Part shown: piece by piece, positions 1 through 9,027 of the stretch
Layout of the letters: each line of letters begins with the position of its first letter
Numbering within the stretch: position 1 is the first letter of the stretch
Virus record (IMG/VR): IMGVR_UViG_3300049489_001113
Location: 36,479-100,478 of that record
Reading direction: 5' to 3' (one strand)
Source of the DNA: a virus
Length of the DNA stretch: 64,000 bases
Notes under the pieces: model-generated
Told to the model about the DNA's origin: nothing
Databases searched by the model: none
The model's input: only the letters and a program-made list of their open reading frames with translations
Translations under genes and position numbers: made by a program

Positions 1-2
1 CG

Positions 3-965
3 AACGCGCCTGCCGAGTCCCTGGACGCGATGTGGACGAGGCTGGACCCGGCCGCATCTGGGTTCTACTACGACGGCATCACGGTCCGGACACCGGGCGT
101 CACCGGCCCCACCTGGAGCCGCTATCAGAACGCCGGCCCTACCACGACGGAGGCCCTCTACAGCTCGGCCTTCCCGGCGGGCGGTGTCGGTGTCTGCATC
201 GCTGGCCAGGACCAGGTCGCGAACCCGGTGAAGAGTCCAACGCGGCGCACCCCCGACACCACGAACAGTGCGAACATCCTCATCGCGAACGTGGCAGCCA
301 ACGCGGGCGCCTTCGCGTCGTGGGATGCGGCTGCCGTGTTCGGGGCGAGCGCCCGGCACTTCAACTACTGGAAGTGGGCGACGATGGGCATCGCCACCAC
401 GGTCAACTTCGACATGTACGAATGCGAGGAGGCGTTCGCCGTCGCTGCCTTCGCGGCAGGAGCCCCTGTCGGGCTTCTCATCGGGGCCATCTACGACCAG
501 CACAGCCAGCTCGGGGCCGACGCCGAGGTGGGGGGTGCCTCCGCTGGTCGGGTCATGGGCATGGTGACCGGAAACGCAAGCATTGCAACCAATTTCCTGT
601 CGACCAGCGATGTGCTCAACGGCAACAACGTCGGGCAGTTCATGGACCACCACACGACCGAGGGACAGAACCACAACGGGATCCTGATCCCCGGGCAGAC
701 CGGCATTCGAGTCGCCGACAAGTACGGGAACACGGCCTACGACGGCAACACCTTCCGTACCCTCGGCGGGATCAACGTCATGCAGACCGGCTACCCGTTC
801 TTCGAGAGCCAGGGCTCTCTCCTTCTTGGGACCTCCCGCCAGAGTGGCCCCTGCCCACAGACCACCCTCGGGGCCGTGTTCCAAAGTGGTGGAGTGGACG
901 TGGCCTACACGGCATTCTCCGGCTCCCACATCAGCGCCCAGCAGGCGTGGGCCCTGGCGGCATAG
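3..965 (+). CDS. Hypothetical protein, possibly virion-associated (5' probably truncated by window)
   Basis: Frame open from position 3; G/T/A/N-rich beta-type composition; GC3-biased codons. Confidence 0.7.
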   Translation, partial: NAPAESLDAMWTRLDPAASGFYYDGITVRTPGVTGPTWSRYQNAGPTTTEALYSSAFPAGGVGVCIAGQDQVANPVKSPTRRTPDTTNSANILIANVAANAGAFASWDAAAVFGASARHFNYWKWATMGIATTVNFDMYECEEAFAVAAFAAGAPVGLLIGAIYDQHSQLGADAEVGGASAGRVMGMVTGNASIATNFLSTSDVLNGNNVGQFMDHHTTEGQNHNGILIPGQTGIRVADKYGNTAYDGNTFRTLGGINVMQTGYPFFESQGSLLLGTSRQSGPCPQTTLGAVFQSGGVDVAYTAFSGSHISAQQAWALAA

Positions 966-974
966 GAAGCCCAC

Positions 975-1244
975 ATGCGCATCCACGACACCGGGTCCGA
1001 CAACTATCTCGTCGAGTTGATGCAGTCCCCGCTGGCTGTCGTGGAGCGAGCCCGGGGCGCGCTGTCCATCACCCACCCGGTCTCGTCTGTTGAACTGTTC
1101 GGTGGGCGCGCGAAGATCTGGTTCTATGAGAACCGCGCTGCTCTCGACGCGGACATGGTCGAACTCGCGGCACTGACCTACGAGAACGCTGCTCAGGTGG
1201 TCGAAGTCGACAACGATGGAACCTGCGTGGACGTCACGCCGTAG
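975..1244 (+). CDS. Hypothetical protein (89 aa)
   Basis: AGGA RBS, tight packing with neighbours, phage-like codon use. Confidence 0.7.
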   Translation: MRIHDTGSDNYLVELMQSPLAVVERARGALSITHPVSSVELFGGRAKIWFYENRAALDADMVELAALTYENAAQVVEVDNDGTCVDVTP

Positions 1245-1253
1245 GAGAAGAGA

Positions 1254-1646
1254 ATGTGGAACTGCCACCACTGCTCGAAGGCCGCCCTCGACACGGATGC
1301 TCGGTGCCCCCAGTGCGGAGCGCCGAGAGCCAGAAGCTCGCGGGCCGGAGGGTCTCCGGTGCCCGAGGCCGTCGCGATCAACCAGTGCACGAAGCTCAAG
1401 TTCGGTGACGGCAAGGCATTCGGCTACATGCGCTGGACCGAGGAGTTCGGCAGCGTGACGGACTCCCACCATCAGCTCGTGATGAACATGCGGGTGGAGC
1501 CGCCCGGTCTCGCCGAGCCCGAGGAGATGAAGCAACTCGGTGAGTGGGGCTGGGTCAAGGTCGCCCCGGGCCACTACCAGCGTGAACTGGAGCGAGCCCC
1601 GGTCATCACGTTCGAGGGTGAGAAGGCGAAGCATCTCCGGTTCTGA
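1254..1646 (+). CDS. Hypothetical protein with N-terminal zinc ribbon
   Basis: CHHC...CPQC motifs; AGGAG RBS. Confidence 0.7.
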   Translation: MWNCHHCSKAALDTDARCPQCGAPRARSSRAGGSPVPEAVAINQCTKLKFGDGKAFGYMRWTEEFGSVTDSHHQLVMNMRVEPPGLAEPEEMKQLGEWGWVKVAPGHYQRELERAPVITFEGEKAKHLRF

Positions 1647-1770
1647 GATCACCGGCGCAGAACTCGCGCACATCCTCACCGCTGCCGGCGCACTCGTACC
1701 CGACTGTCCGCCACCCCTCCCTGGGACGGCGTGCGAACATCTCGAGCTTCTCCATGCCCGGGAACATCAA
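1606..1770 (-). pseudogene. Orphaned original 3' end of the MT-A70 methyltransferase gene
   Basis: Encodes LMFPGMEKLEMFARRPREGWRTVGYECAGSGEDVREF, paralogous to the current MTase C-terminus MFVSLDKLELFARRDRPGWTCVGNECPSTSGVDIRDW; genome-typical GC3. Confidence 0.8.
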
Positions 1771-2387
1771 CACCATGAACGCGCTTCGTTGACGTGCGTA
1801 AACAGCTCCGCACGTAGTTTCACGGCGGCCGTGACGGCTGCCTCGAAAGAGTCGAAGCACCCCCCGTTGTGTCGAACTCCTTGGTGGCACACGCGAACCC
1901 TGAACCGCCCACCGTTCTCCAAGTACACGTTCCTATGTCCGGTGGACGACCTGCCACGCTGGTTCTGCACACTCTGCTGGGGAGTAACGACGCGGAGATT
2001 CGCGCGTCGATTGTTCAATCGGTTGCCGTCGATGTGGTCCACTGCAACCTCACGGCGCGTCTCTTGGAGCAGAAACCGGTGTAAGAACCCGCGCCTTGAT
2101 CGCACGTAACCGTGCGTATTCAAACTCCAGCGCCCTGCTCTCATAAGAAGCGGAACATCAGCTATATCAACAATGGTCCTGCTGACCACCGCACCTCGCC
2201 GATTCGTGAGGAGAAGCCACACACCATCAACCGCCTCCACCAGATCATTGAAGCCGCGTGAAATGGCGCCAGCCTTTCGTCTACGTTTGGCGGCGTAATG
2301 CGTGTTGCACACACCGTTCGCGTACCTGGGTCGCGGGCACCCTGCGACCCCGCAAGGGGACCTACTCTTACTGTTTGACCCAGTCAC
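1767..2387 (-). CDS. HNH-AP2 homing endonuclease with N-terminal Cys/His zinc finger
   Basis: CGVAGC..GVCNTHY; VDHIDGNRLNNRRANLR HNH core; AP2-like C-terminus (RNVY..RFRVRV..GCFDSFEAA); GTG start with GGAG RBS lying inside the MTase 3' end; lower GC. Confidence 0.88.
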   Translation of the reverse strand: MTGSNSKSRSPCGVAGCPRPRYANGVCNTHYAAKRRRKAGAISRGFNDLVEAVDGVWLLLTNRRGAVVSRTIVDIADVPLLMRAGRWSLNTHGYVRSRRGFLHRFLLQETRREVAVDHIDGNRLNNRRANLRVVTPQQSVQNQRGRSSTGHRNVYLENGGRFRVRVCHQGVRHNGGCFDSFEAAVTAAVKLRAELFTHVNEARSWC

Positions 2388-2994
2388 GGATATCAACTCC
2401 AGATGTTGATGGGCACTCGTTACCTACACAAGTCCATCCTGGTCTATCACGTCGGGCAAAGAGTTCCAACTTGTCTAAACTGACGAACATTGAGTCCAGC
2501 GCATCCTGCACGCACTCGGGCTTCGCGCTGTGCTTCAGGTTCGGTGCGAAGAACACGTTCCGCACCGACCTGTTCTCGAGCTTGTCGTACACCTTCCCTC
2601 GCGTACCCACGAGCATGAACTCGCACGCATTGCGGGCGAGCCGTCCCATCCCGAAGGCGATGTCGGACGCACCGATCTGAACGTCCTCGGCATCCACCTC
2701 GACGCCCTTGCCCGTCTTCACCCAAACCCATACCTGCTTCTGCTCGAACCCGTACGCGTCGACGGCGCACATCCCCGCGGAGATCATCGACGCCGGGCAC
2801 CAGAGAACGAGCACGGCGTCGTCCGCCGCGACGTTCTTCACGGGCAGGGTCACAATGTCTCGGATCGACATCGTCGTGTAGTTCGACCCGGCCCCCCTCG
2901 GTACGTCGCTCATCGTGAGCTTGTCCCCGAATTGCCAAGCTGGATCCGAAACAATCACTCCATACTTCTTCTGTTCCACGCGTTCTCCCTTCAC
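2368..2994 (-). CDS. MT-A70 family N6-adenine methyltransferase
   Basis: IVSDPAW (DPPW-like), WVWVK, E-x-x-LVG-x-RG, HSAKP, KLELFAR motifs. Confidence 0.9.
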   Translation of the reverse strand: MKGERVEQKKYGVIVSDPAWQFGDKLTMSDVPRGAGSNYTTMSIRDIVTLPVKNVAADDAVLVLWCPASMISAGMCAVDAYGFEQKQVWVWVKTGKGVEVDAEDVQIGASDIAFGMGRLARNACEFMLVGTRGKVYDKLENRSVRNVFFAPNLKHSAKPECVQDALDSMFVSLDKLELFARRDRPGWTCVGNECPSTSGVDIRDWVKQ

Positions 2995-3959
2995 ACCATC
3001 TCCGACTCGAGCAGCGCCGACACCACGTCGGCACCCAGTGAGTCCGGATCTTTCCTGTCGTCACCCGAGTAGCGCGCAACCCACGAGGGTACGTGCTTCG
3101 CCACCGTGTCCGCGAGGATGTGCGTCCCCGTCGTCCCTGCCGGATCGTTGTCCAGAAAGAACGTGCACGAGGACGCAGCGCACAGAAGCTCGATCTGCCG
3201 GCGGCTCGGCTTGCTCCCCATGATCGCCACGGGACACACCTCGCCGAGACGAGCATGCCCCCGCGTCTCCTGCCACACCCGCATCGCGTCGAAGGGTCCC
3301 TCGACCACCACGACGTGCGCTGCCTCCCGTGCCGCGAGGTGGGCGCCGAAGAGGTGGCGGGACTTCTTCGCGTTCCAGTACGTGTGCCACCGTTGCGGGT
3401 CGTCCCGCGTGGTGCGCCCGAGGGCGCCGGCGAGGCGCCCGTTGCGGTTGCGCAGAGGAACCGTGGCGCGGTGCCGTTCCTTGTCGAAGCCCACGGACCA
3501 GGCTTCCATCGCCTGGACGGTGAACCCCCGCCCCATCATGTAGTCGCGCGCCTCCTCGTGAAGCGGCGCGAACTTCTCGTACATCACGCCGGGCAGGAGG
3601 CCGTCATCGTCGTCCTTCGCGGGTGGCGCGTCGTAGTCCTCCACCGCTCGAACCGCGTCGAGGAGACCATCCTCCTCGAGTTCGATCACCTTCCACCTGA
3701 TCTCGTCGAGGTCTGTGTCGGCGTGAAGCTCGAGCGCATCGAGAAGCTGCTCCACGGTGCCGCCGAACCCGCACCCGAAGCAGTTCACGAGGCTGCGCAC
3801 CGTCTCGCCGTAGCTGATGCCCATGGACGGGTGACGGTCGGTCCCCTTCTTGTGCCGCCACGGCGCGAGCAGGCACGAGAACTGGACGTTCCCGCCCCCC
3901 GTCACCACACGGCTGGCGCCGAGTTCGTCGGCTACCCAGAGGACGTCCTTCTCGATCAT
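2991..3959 (-). CDS. DNA primase (zinc-binding domain + TOPRIM)
   Basis: C..H..D.HPS..NCFGC zinc domain; VVEGPFD and LDNDPAG TOPRIM motifs; start reassigned to MIEKD (TGATG overlap). Confidence 0.88.
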   Translation of the reverse strand: MIEKDVLWVADELGASRVVTGGGNVQFSCLLAPWRHKKGTDRHPSMGISYGETVRSLVNCFGCGFGGTVEQLLDALELHADTDLDEIRWKVIELEEDGLLDAVRAVEDYDAPPAKDDDDGLLPGVMYEKFAPLHEEARDYMMGRGFTVQAMEAWSVGFDKERHRATVPLRNRNGRLAGALGRTTRDDPQRWHTYWNAKKSRHLFGAHLAAREAAHVVVVEGPFDAMRVWQETRGHARLGEVCPVAIMGSKPSRRQIELLCAASSCTFFLDNDPAGTTGTHILADTVAKHVPSWVARYSGDDRKDPDSLGADVVSALLESEMV

Positions 3960-4522
3960 CAGCGCAACCCGAAGTCGCGGAGAATGACCGCGGTGGCTTC
4001 CTCGAGGCGCACCAGATCTCCGACGTTCATGATCGTGGCGTCGGCCTCGATCGATCGCTGCTCCGTCTCCGAGGCGTGCCCGTCGCCGTCGTACCCGGGG
4101 CGAGACACACGCACCAACTTCCCTCCGATTGAGCGGATCATCTCCGCCTCGTTCGCAAACCACACATCCGGCACGAGCCACAGCCGCACACCCGCGTCGC
4201 CTTCGATCCTGCACCGCAGGTTCTTCACCCACACCTGCGGGTCGATGCTCCGCCCGACCTCGGTGCCGAGGAGCTGCATCAGTTGACGCGGGGTCTTGTC
4301 CCAGCGAGGGTCCACGACCTCCTTGTGCTTGGGGTTGTGCATCTGCGCGTGCGACAGGTCGAAGATGATCTGCGCCGCCTCCTTCAATGGGGCAGCGAAG
4401 TGCGTCACCTGCACGCCGTCATCACCTGGCCGGTGCGTGAGCAGTTTCTTCGCGAGGCTGGCGAAGGTATCCTTGCCCGCCCCCTTGCTCCCAAGGATCC
4501 CGATCACACGAACGCTCATCAC
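3959..4522 (-). CDS. Deoxynucleoside monophosphate kinase
   Basis: GSKGAGKDT P-loop, FAAPLK, PRQLMQLLGTEVGR, DVxFxNE, HASE motifs. Confidence 0.9.
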   Translation of the reverse strand: MMSVRVIGILGSKGAGKDTFASLAKKLLTHRPGDDGVQVTHFAAPLKEAAQIIFDLSHAQMHNPKHKEVVDPRWDKTPRQLMQLLGTEVGRSIDPQVWVKNLRCRIEGDAGVRLWLVPDVWFANEAEMIRSIGGKLVRVSRPGYDGDGHASETEQRSIEADATIMNVGDLVRLEEATAVILRDFGLR

Positions 4523-6357
4523 GACACCCTCCCTTGCGCGAACAACCCGAGCGTACGGGGGAACGCGTCTGACAAGATCCGTTGCACGACAAGGGCGAAC
4601 TGCCTGATCTCAAACTGCGCGGCCTCATCGGTACGCAGCGCGAGGAAGGCGACCCACCCACGCAGGTTCGACGTCGCGCGCATGCGCGAGTACCGGCCCA
4701 CGGGAAGGATCACACGCGCGAGTTCCTTCGGTACCCCATCGGAGAGGGCCGACTGATAGTCATCCTCGAGCTGCGCGTAGCGGGCCACCAACTTACGGCG
4801 GTACGCCTCCGCCGAGACCGCATCGAGTTCGCGCGCACCGTGGATGCGGTTGGCCTGCTTGTTCGAGCCCGTCGCGTTCACCGTCAGCCGCTCGACGGTC
4901 GGGACGTAGTTCACGTCCGGCAGCGGGGTGTACCTGGCCGACATCTCGTTGTAGCCGAAGGGAACCCTGTGGCGGTGCCACTCGCGGAACACGAAGATGG
5001 GTGCCTGAACCTCGACGGTGATCCCCGCCATCTCGAACGGCGTGTTCCCAGAGAGGACAACTTTCCCCCCGCGTCGCACAACCAGTACCCCAGTGCGGGT
5101 GTTTGCGCAGTACACGGTGCCCTCGTATGGAACCCACGACGTATTCACACGGCTCTGATTGATCACTGGCTCCGTCATCCGCGACAAGAACATCATCCGG
5201 TAGAGACCAACGTCCGATCTCCCAACCTGAACACACTCCCCGGCGTGGATCGCGATGCGTTGAACGGCATCTGCGAGCGGCGCCGACATGGTCGTGTACT
5301 CCCAGGCTCCGCGCTTCTCTGAACCGTCCGAGTTGCGCAACCCATCAAGCAAGGCAGCCGCATCATCAGCACCAAGGTCCATCAGGAAGTCTGGAATACA
5401 CTTGTCTCCATCTGGTGTATAGAACCACCGCCGAAATGCGGAGGTCAGCCCGTCGGCGCGCACAACACACGAAGACAACTCGTCGCAGGCCCAGCCTACC
5501 CCCGCGCACACTTCCTTCAGGTACGCGATCTTCCGCTTCTTCCGAAGATGGAACTGGATCGAGTTGCGAACGGTGCCGTCGTCACGCCCAGCGAACCCAT
5601 CACCAAGGAAGAACCCAATCAACCGCAACAGCTCGCGCGAATCGTCGTGCTGCGGGAACCATTCCGATAAGTCCACATATGACCGCTTGCGCCGTGCATG
5701 CTTTCGATAGCGCACCATCGAACGGAACCCAAGCTCCTCCACGGTCTCCAGGCGCCATGGAGACCACACCTGTCGGTTCTCGCCAACCACACTCACCTTC
5801 GTCTGCACGTACATGCGGTGCCCCGGCGTTACGAGCAAGTCCACTCCGCCATGATCGACACGGTACATGTTCCCTTTGAACGGATCGGCAACGAGCTGGA
5901 GCGGGGCCTCATACACCAGGGACTCCGCAACAGGGTCCCAGCAACCGAGCAGGTCATCCTTCCGTACGTCTGGCCACGTCACGAAACCGCGCCGAGTCAG
6001 AACCTCGGTCGCCGCATCGTAGCAGTGGTGTTTGTGCTCCCACAGGTAGCGAAGGAGCTTTTCATCACCGGGCTTCGCGTCTTCGATTGCGACGTGCGCG
6101 CCACCGCGTTCCGTCGGGCAGTGGGTGTGTGGTAGACGACCTGTTGTACTCGACACGCCGCACGAGCAGCGAACCTCGCCCCATCCCTGGAACCCCTTGT
6201 TCGTGCTCATTCGTGCGGCCTCGATGATCTGCTCCTCCGAGCCCCACATCTCGATGAGCTTCACGAATCCGTGGTCGAGTACGGGAATCGGCTCCTCGTA
6301 CTTCTCCATCAACTGCGTCTTGTGCAAGTCCACCCTCATGTTGTCGTTCTCCCTCAC
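4519..6357 (-). CDS. thyX: Flavin-dependent thymidylate synthase, intein-containing
   Basis: AARMS, H-x-TPFE (after splicing), EWHRHR..YNEMSARY, ELARVILP, AQFEIR motifs. Confidence 0.92.
   Translation of the reverse strand: MRENDNMRVDLHKTQLMEKYEEPIPVLDHGFVKLIEMWGSEEQIIEAARMSTNKGFQGWGEVRCSCGVSSTTGRLPHTHCPTERGGAHVAIEDAKPGDEKLLRYLWEHKHHCYDAATEVLTRRGFVTWPDVRKDDLLGCWDPVAESLVYEAPLQLVADPFKGNMYRVDHGGVDLLVTPGHRMYVQTKVSVVGENRQVWSPWRLETVEELGFRSMVRYRKHARRKRSYVDLSEWFPQHDDSRELLRLIGFFLGDGFAGRDDGTVRNSIQFHLRKKRKIAYLKEVCAGVGWACDELSSCVVRADGLTSAFRRWFYTPDGDKCIPDFLMDLGADDAAALLDGLRNSDGSEKRGAWEYTTMSAPLADAVQRIAIHAGECVQVGRSDVGLYRMMFLSRMTEPVINQSRVNTSWVPYEGTVYCANTRTGVLVVRRGGKVVLSGNTPFEMAGITVEVQAPIFVFREWHRHRVPFGYNEMSARYTPLPDVNYVPTVERLTVNATGSNKQANRIHGARELDAVSAEAYRRKLVARYAQLEDDYQSALSDGVPKELARVILPVGRYSRMRATSNLRGWVAFLALRTDEAAQFEIRQFALVVQRILSDAFPRTLGLFAQGRVS
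5044..6024 (-). mobile_element. Intein (327 aa) with LAGLIDADG homing endonuclease in ThyX
   Basis: Starts CYDAATEVLT, block B VTPGH, LIGFFLGDG and LLDGLRNSDG motifs, ends VVLSGN followed by extein Thr. Confidence 0.92.
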
Positions 6358-7631
6358 TTGAAGATCACGGTCTCTGCGTCGAACCCATCGTCGTCACCGT
6401 CACCGTCGGGAGCGGCCACATCGGACAGCTCCTCGAAGTTCATCGTCTCGAGATCCCACCGGACCTTGAACTCGCCGGTGAGACCTTCGCGCTGCTTCAG
6501 CAGGCGAATCATCAACTCGTAGTTGTTGCGCATCTCGTCGGTCTGCAGGAGCCCGAGCACGAGGTCCGCGTCCTGCCCGATCGAATCGCTGAAGGCGAGC
6601 GAACTCAGGTCACCGCGGAGCCCCTTCGACTTCCGGTTGAGCTGCGTCGTCACGACCACCGGGATCCCGAGCCGGACGGCGAGGCGCTTGAGATCCCGGG
6701 TGATGTTGGTGATCCCCTCCCACCCGGTCTCACCCTTGTCGTCGCGCATCAGGTAGAGACCGTCGAGGAACAGGATGTCCGGCTGGAACTGGTCGACCTT
6801 CGCGGCGAGACCGGTGACGCCCATGGCCGCGTCGTCGGAGGACACCCAGAAGTCAGGCATGTCCGCGTACAGGCGGACGCTCTCGAAGAACCGCGCCTCC
6901 TGCTCCTGCGAGAGATCTCCGGACCGGAGCCCGGCGTAGGGGATCTTCGCCCGAGCGGCGTCGACGCGGCGGGTGAACTGGTCGACGGCCATCTCGCGCG
7001 AGACGATGAGCGGGACCCGCTTGGCGACCCCGTGCACCTCGTTGGCGAGCAGGGTCATGAGCCACGACTTTCCGACACCGGGGCGCGCCGAGATCACGAC
7101 AAGCTCACCGGGGCGGAACCCGAGCGTCCACCGGTTCAGCGTCGGCCACGGCGTGGGCATCCCGGTCATGCCGCCCATGGTCTTCAGGCGCTGGTACTGC
7201 TCGATGCGCTCCTCGAGCGCGGACCGGAGGTTCACGTCCTGCGAGCTGCGGATGTCCTGCTGTGACAGGGCGGCCGCGTTCTCGATGACGCGCAGCGCCC
7301 CCCTCGGGTCCTTGTCCTTGAGCAAGTTCCCGGCCTCGACCGCCGCGTCCTTGATGCGGAAGTGCAGGCGCCGGTTCTTCAACTCCTGCAGGTAGTACGC
7401 GGCCGCGGCCGGCTGCTCGTCGTCCGCGAACAACGCGGGGAACTTCCGCTGCACCTCCTGCGCCGGCGGCATGCCCCCGAACTCGCGGTTGTAGCCCGCG
7501 ATCCAGGTCCAGACCGCCCGTCGCCCCTCGTCGAGGAACAGGGACTCCTCGAGCCCCTGCTGGACCATCGCCAGGTAGACCGCCCGGTCTGCCCGCAGTA
7601 TGTCCCTAAGAATGCCTGTTTCAATGTCCAT
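6354..7631 (-). CDS. DnaB-like replicative helicase
   Basis: ARPGVGKS Walker A, SREM, LFLDGLYLM, TQLNR, SDSIGQDAD, KQREG. Confidence 0.93.
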   Translation of the reverse strand: MDIETGILRDILRADRAVYLAMVQQGLEESLFLDEGRRAVWTWIAGYNREFGGMPPAQEVQRKFPALFADDEQPAAAAYYLQELKNRRLHFRIKDAAVEAGNLLKDKDPRGALRVIENAAALSQQDIRSSQDVNLRSALEERIEQYQRLKTMGGMTGMPTPWPTLNRWTLGFRPGELVVISARPGVGKSWLMTLLANEVHGVAKRVPLIVSREMAVDQFTRRVDAARAKIPYAGLRSGDLSQEQEARFFESVRLYADMPDFWVSSDDAAMGVTGLAAKVDQFQPDILFLDGLYLMRDDKGETGWEGITNITRDLKRLAVRLGIPVVVTTQLNRKSKGLRGDLSSLAFSDSIGQDADLVLGLLQTDEMRNNYELMIRLLKQREGLTGEFKVRWDLETMNFEELSDVAAPDGDGDDDGFDAETVIFK

Positions 7632-8095
7632 TATACGCGCTCCCGCTGTCCGACGTGCCCCACCCTATGCCCCTGCCCCTCGAACACCCGCGCCTCGACA
7701 CCCCCGATCGTGGGGATGTCGACCTCCTTCGGGACCAGGAACTCGATCAGCCTCGGAATCTGCCCCGCCGTCGAGCAGTACCCGGCCCAGGATTGCGTCC
7801 GGACGATCGAGCCGACCCAAGGACGGTCCCGGGACACGAGCGATTGTAGGGCATCCTGGAGGACCGGACGACCAGGCACCACCACCTCGAAGAAGAACAC
7901 CCCGGCCTGGGTGTTGACCCAACGGGCGGTGTCCTCCCGCAACCGCAGGAGACGCACCACCAGGAAACCAAGGTCGAACCTCACTGCCTTCTCGAACAGC
8001 CAGAGGCGCAGCCCATCTTCCGGGGGTGCGTAAAGCAACCGCCAGTCCAGGTGAACCCTCGGCATGGGGTAGTTGGACAGGTCGCCCCTACGCAC
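7631..8095 (-). CDS. Hypothetical protein in replication operon (154 aa)
   Basis: Overlap-coupled to both neighbours. Confidence 0.65.
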   Translation of the reverse strand: MRRGDLSNYPMPRVHLDWRLLYAPPEDGLRLWLFEKAVRFDLGFLVVRLLRLREDTARWVNTQAGVFFFEVVVPGRPVLQDALQSLVSRDRPWVGSIVRTQSWAGYCSTAGQIPRLIEFLVPKEVDIPTIGGVEARVFEGQGHRVGHVGQRERV

Positions 8096-8678
8096 CGCGC
8101 ACCTCCACGAGGTGGAGATGCTTGTCCCGCACCAGGGTGACCAGCACCGGGTACCGCGCGAACAGGTCGGTGAGAGGCAGGTACGACGTCACCAGGGTGG
8201 GCCGCCGGTTCTGCGCCCGCACGTGCAGCAGGTTCTGCACGGCGCTCTTCACGAACGAATCCTCCTCGCGGTGGTACTCGAGCCCGAGCCCGCCGAGCCA
8301 CAGGAAATCCACCCGCTCGACGTGGTCGGACGTGTGGACAGGGTCGCCGAACTCGTCCCGGGTCGCGAAGGCGTTGCGCACGATGGCGCGCTGCAGGTCG
8401 TTCACCTCGATGTGGTAGACCGTGAACCCCCCGCGGATCGCCGCCTTGAGCACCACGGAGATGCCGCGAGCCTGCTCCTCGGGGAAGGTGTCGCCGTGGG
8501 CCCCCACGAGCAGGAACCCCGATCCGGCCCGACGAACCTTGGGCAGGTGCTCGACGTACCGACGCACCACACCCACGAACGTCTCGTCCGCGCGGATGTC
8601 GTCGACCTCGACACCCCAGTACCCTTCCGGGATCTGGGCGTGCCGGAGCTGCTCCGATGTGGGAACCGGTGTCGTCAC
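8088..8678 (-). CDS. DnaC/IstB-like helicase loader with degenerate Walker motifs
   Basis: AQIP.., GSGFLLVG, VDFLWLGGLGLE, R..NRRPTLVTS layout matches DnaC/IstB; lies between initiator and DnaB. Confidence 0.7.
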   Translation of the reverse strand: MTTPVPTSEQLRHAQIPEGYWGVEVDDIRADETFVGVVRRYVEHLPKVRRAGSGFLLVGAHGDTFPEEQARGISVVLKAAIRGGFTVYHIEVNDLQRAIVRNAFATRDEFGDPVHTSDHVERVDFLWLGGLGLEYHREEDSFVKSAVQNLLHVRAQNRRPTLVTSYLPLTDLFARYPVLVTLVRDKHLHLVEVRGA

Positions 8679-9022
8679 GAGGCACTCGGGAAAGGGGCGA
8701 CCTTCGGCGTCTTCTCGTCCTGCACCTCGTCCTTCGCGGACCCGGGTGAGGGGGAGGTCTGCTCGTCGAGCGAGTGGAAGAACACGTTCCCGTTCGGGAC
8801 GCGGAACTCACGGCAGTACCGCAACTTCAGGCGCTCGAGGTGATTCTCATGCACCGGGAACTCGCGGATGATCCGATCGCGGCCGAGGAAGACCTCGCGG
8901 ATGACGACGCGGTAGCGCCCGATCCCCTTCTTGTCGGGCCCCTCCTCGTAGACGTGAAGCTCACGCGGCTTGGTGACCGCTGTGGCCTTCTTCGGTGGGA
9001 TCTTCGTGGGTTTCTCATTCAT
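8675..9022 (-). CDS. Hypothetical protein (MNEKPTK...)
   Basis: GGAG RBS before ATG at 9022; GTGA overlap with the downstream gene. Confidence 0.65.
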   Translation of the reverse strand: MNEKPTKIPPKKATAVTKPRELHVYEEGPDKKGIGRYRVVIREVFLGRDRIIREFPVHENHLERLKLRYCREFRVPNGNVFFHSLDEQTSPSPGSAKDEVQDEKTPKVAPFPSAS

Positions 9023-9027
9023 GGTGC

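Noticed and set aside
1771-2493. Group I intron in the methyltransferase
   Set aside because: The insert is fully occupied by a replacement C-terminus and the HNH ORF running to the last base, leaving no room for a ribozyme core; no in-frame junction with both a 5' exon U and a terminal G was found.
7590-7635. AT3-rich patches at the helicase start (and the capsid start at 44560-44604)
   Set aside because: Lower GC at gene 5' ends is expected for translation initiation, so these are not counted as recoding, unlike the internal TerL patch.
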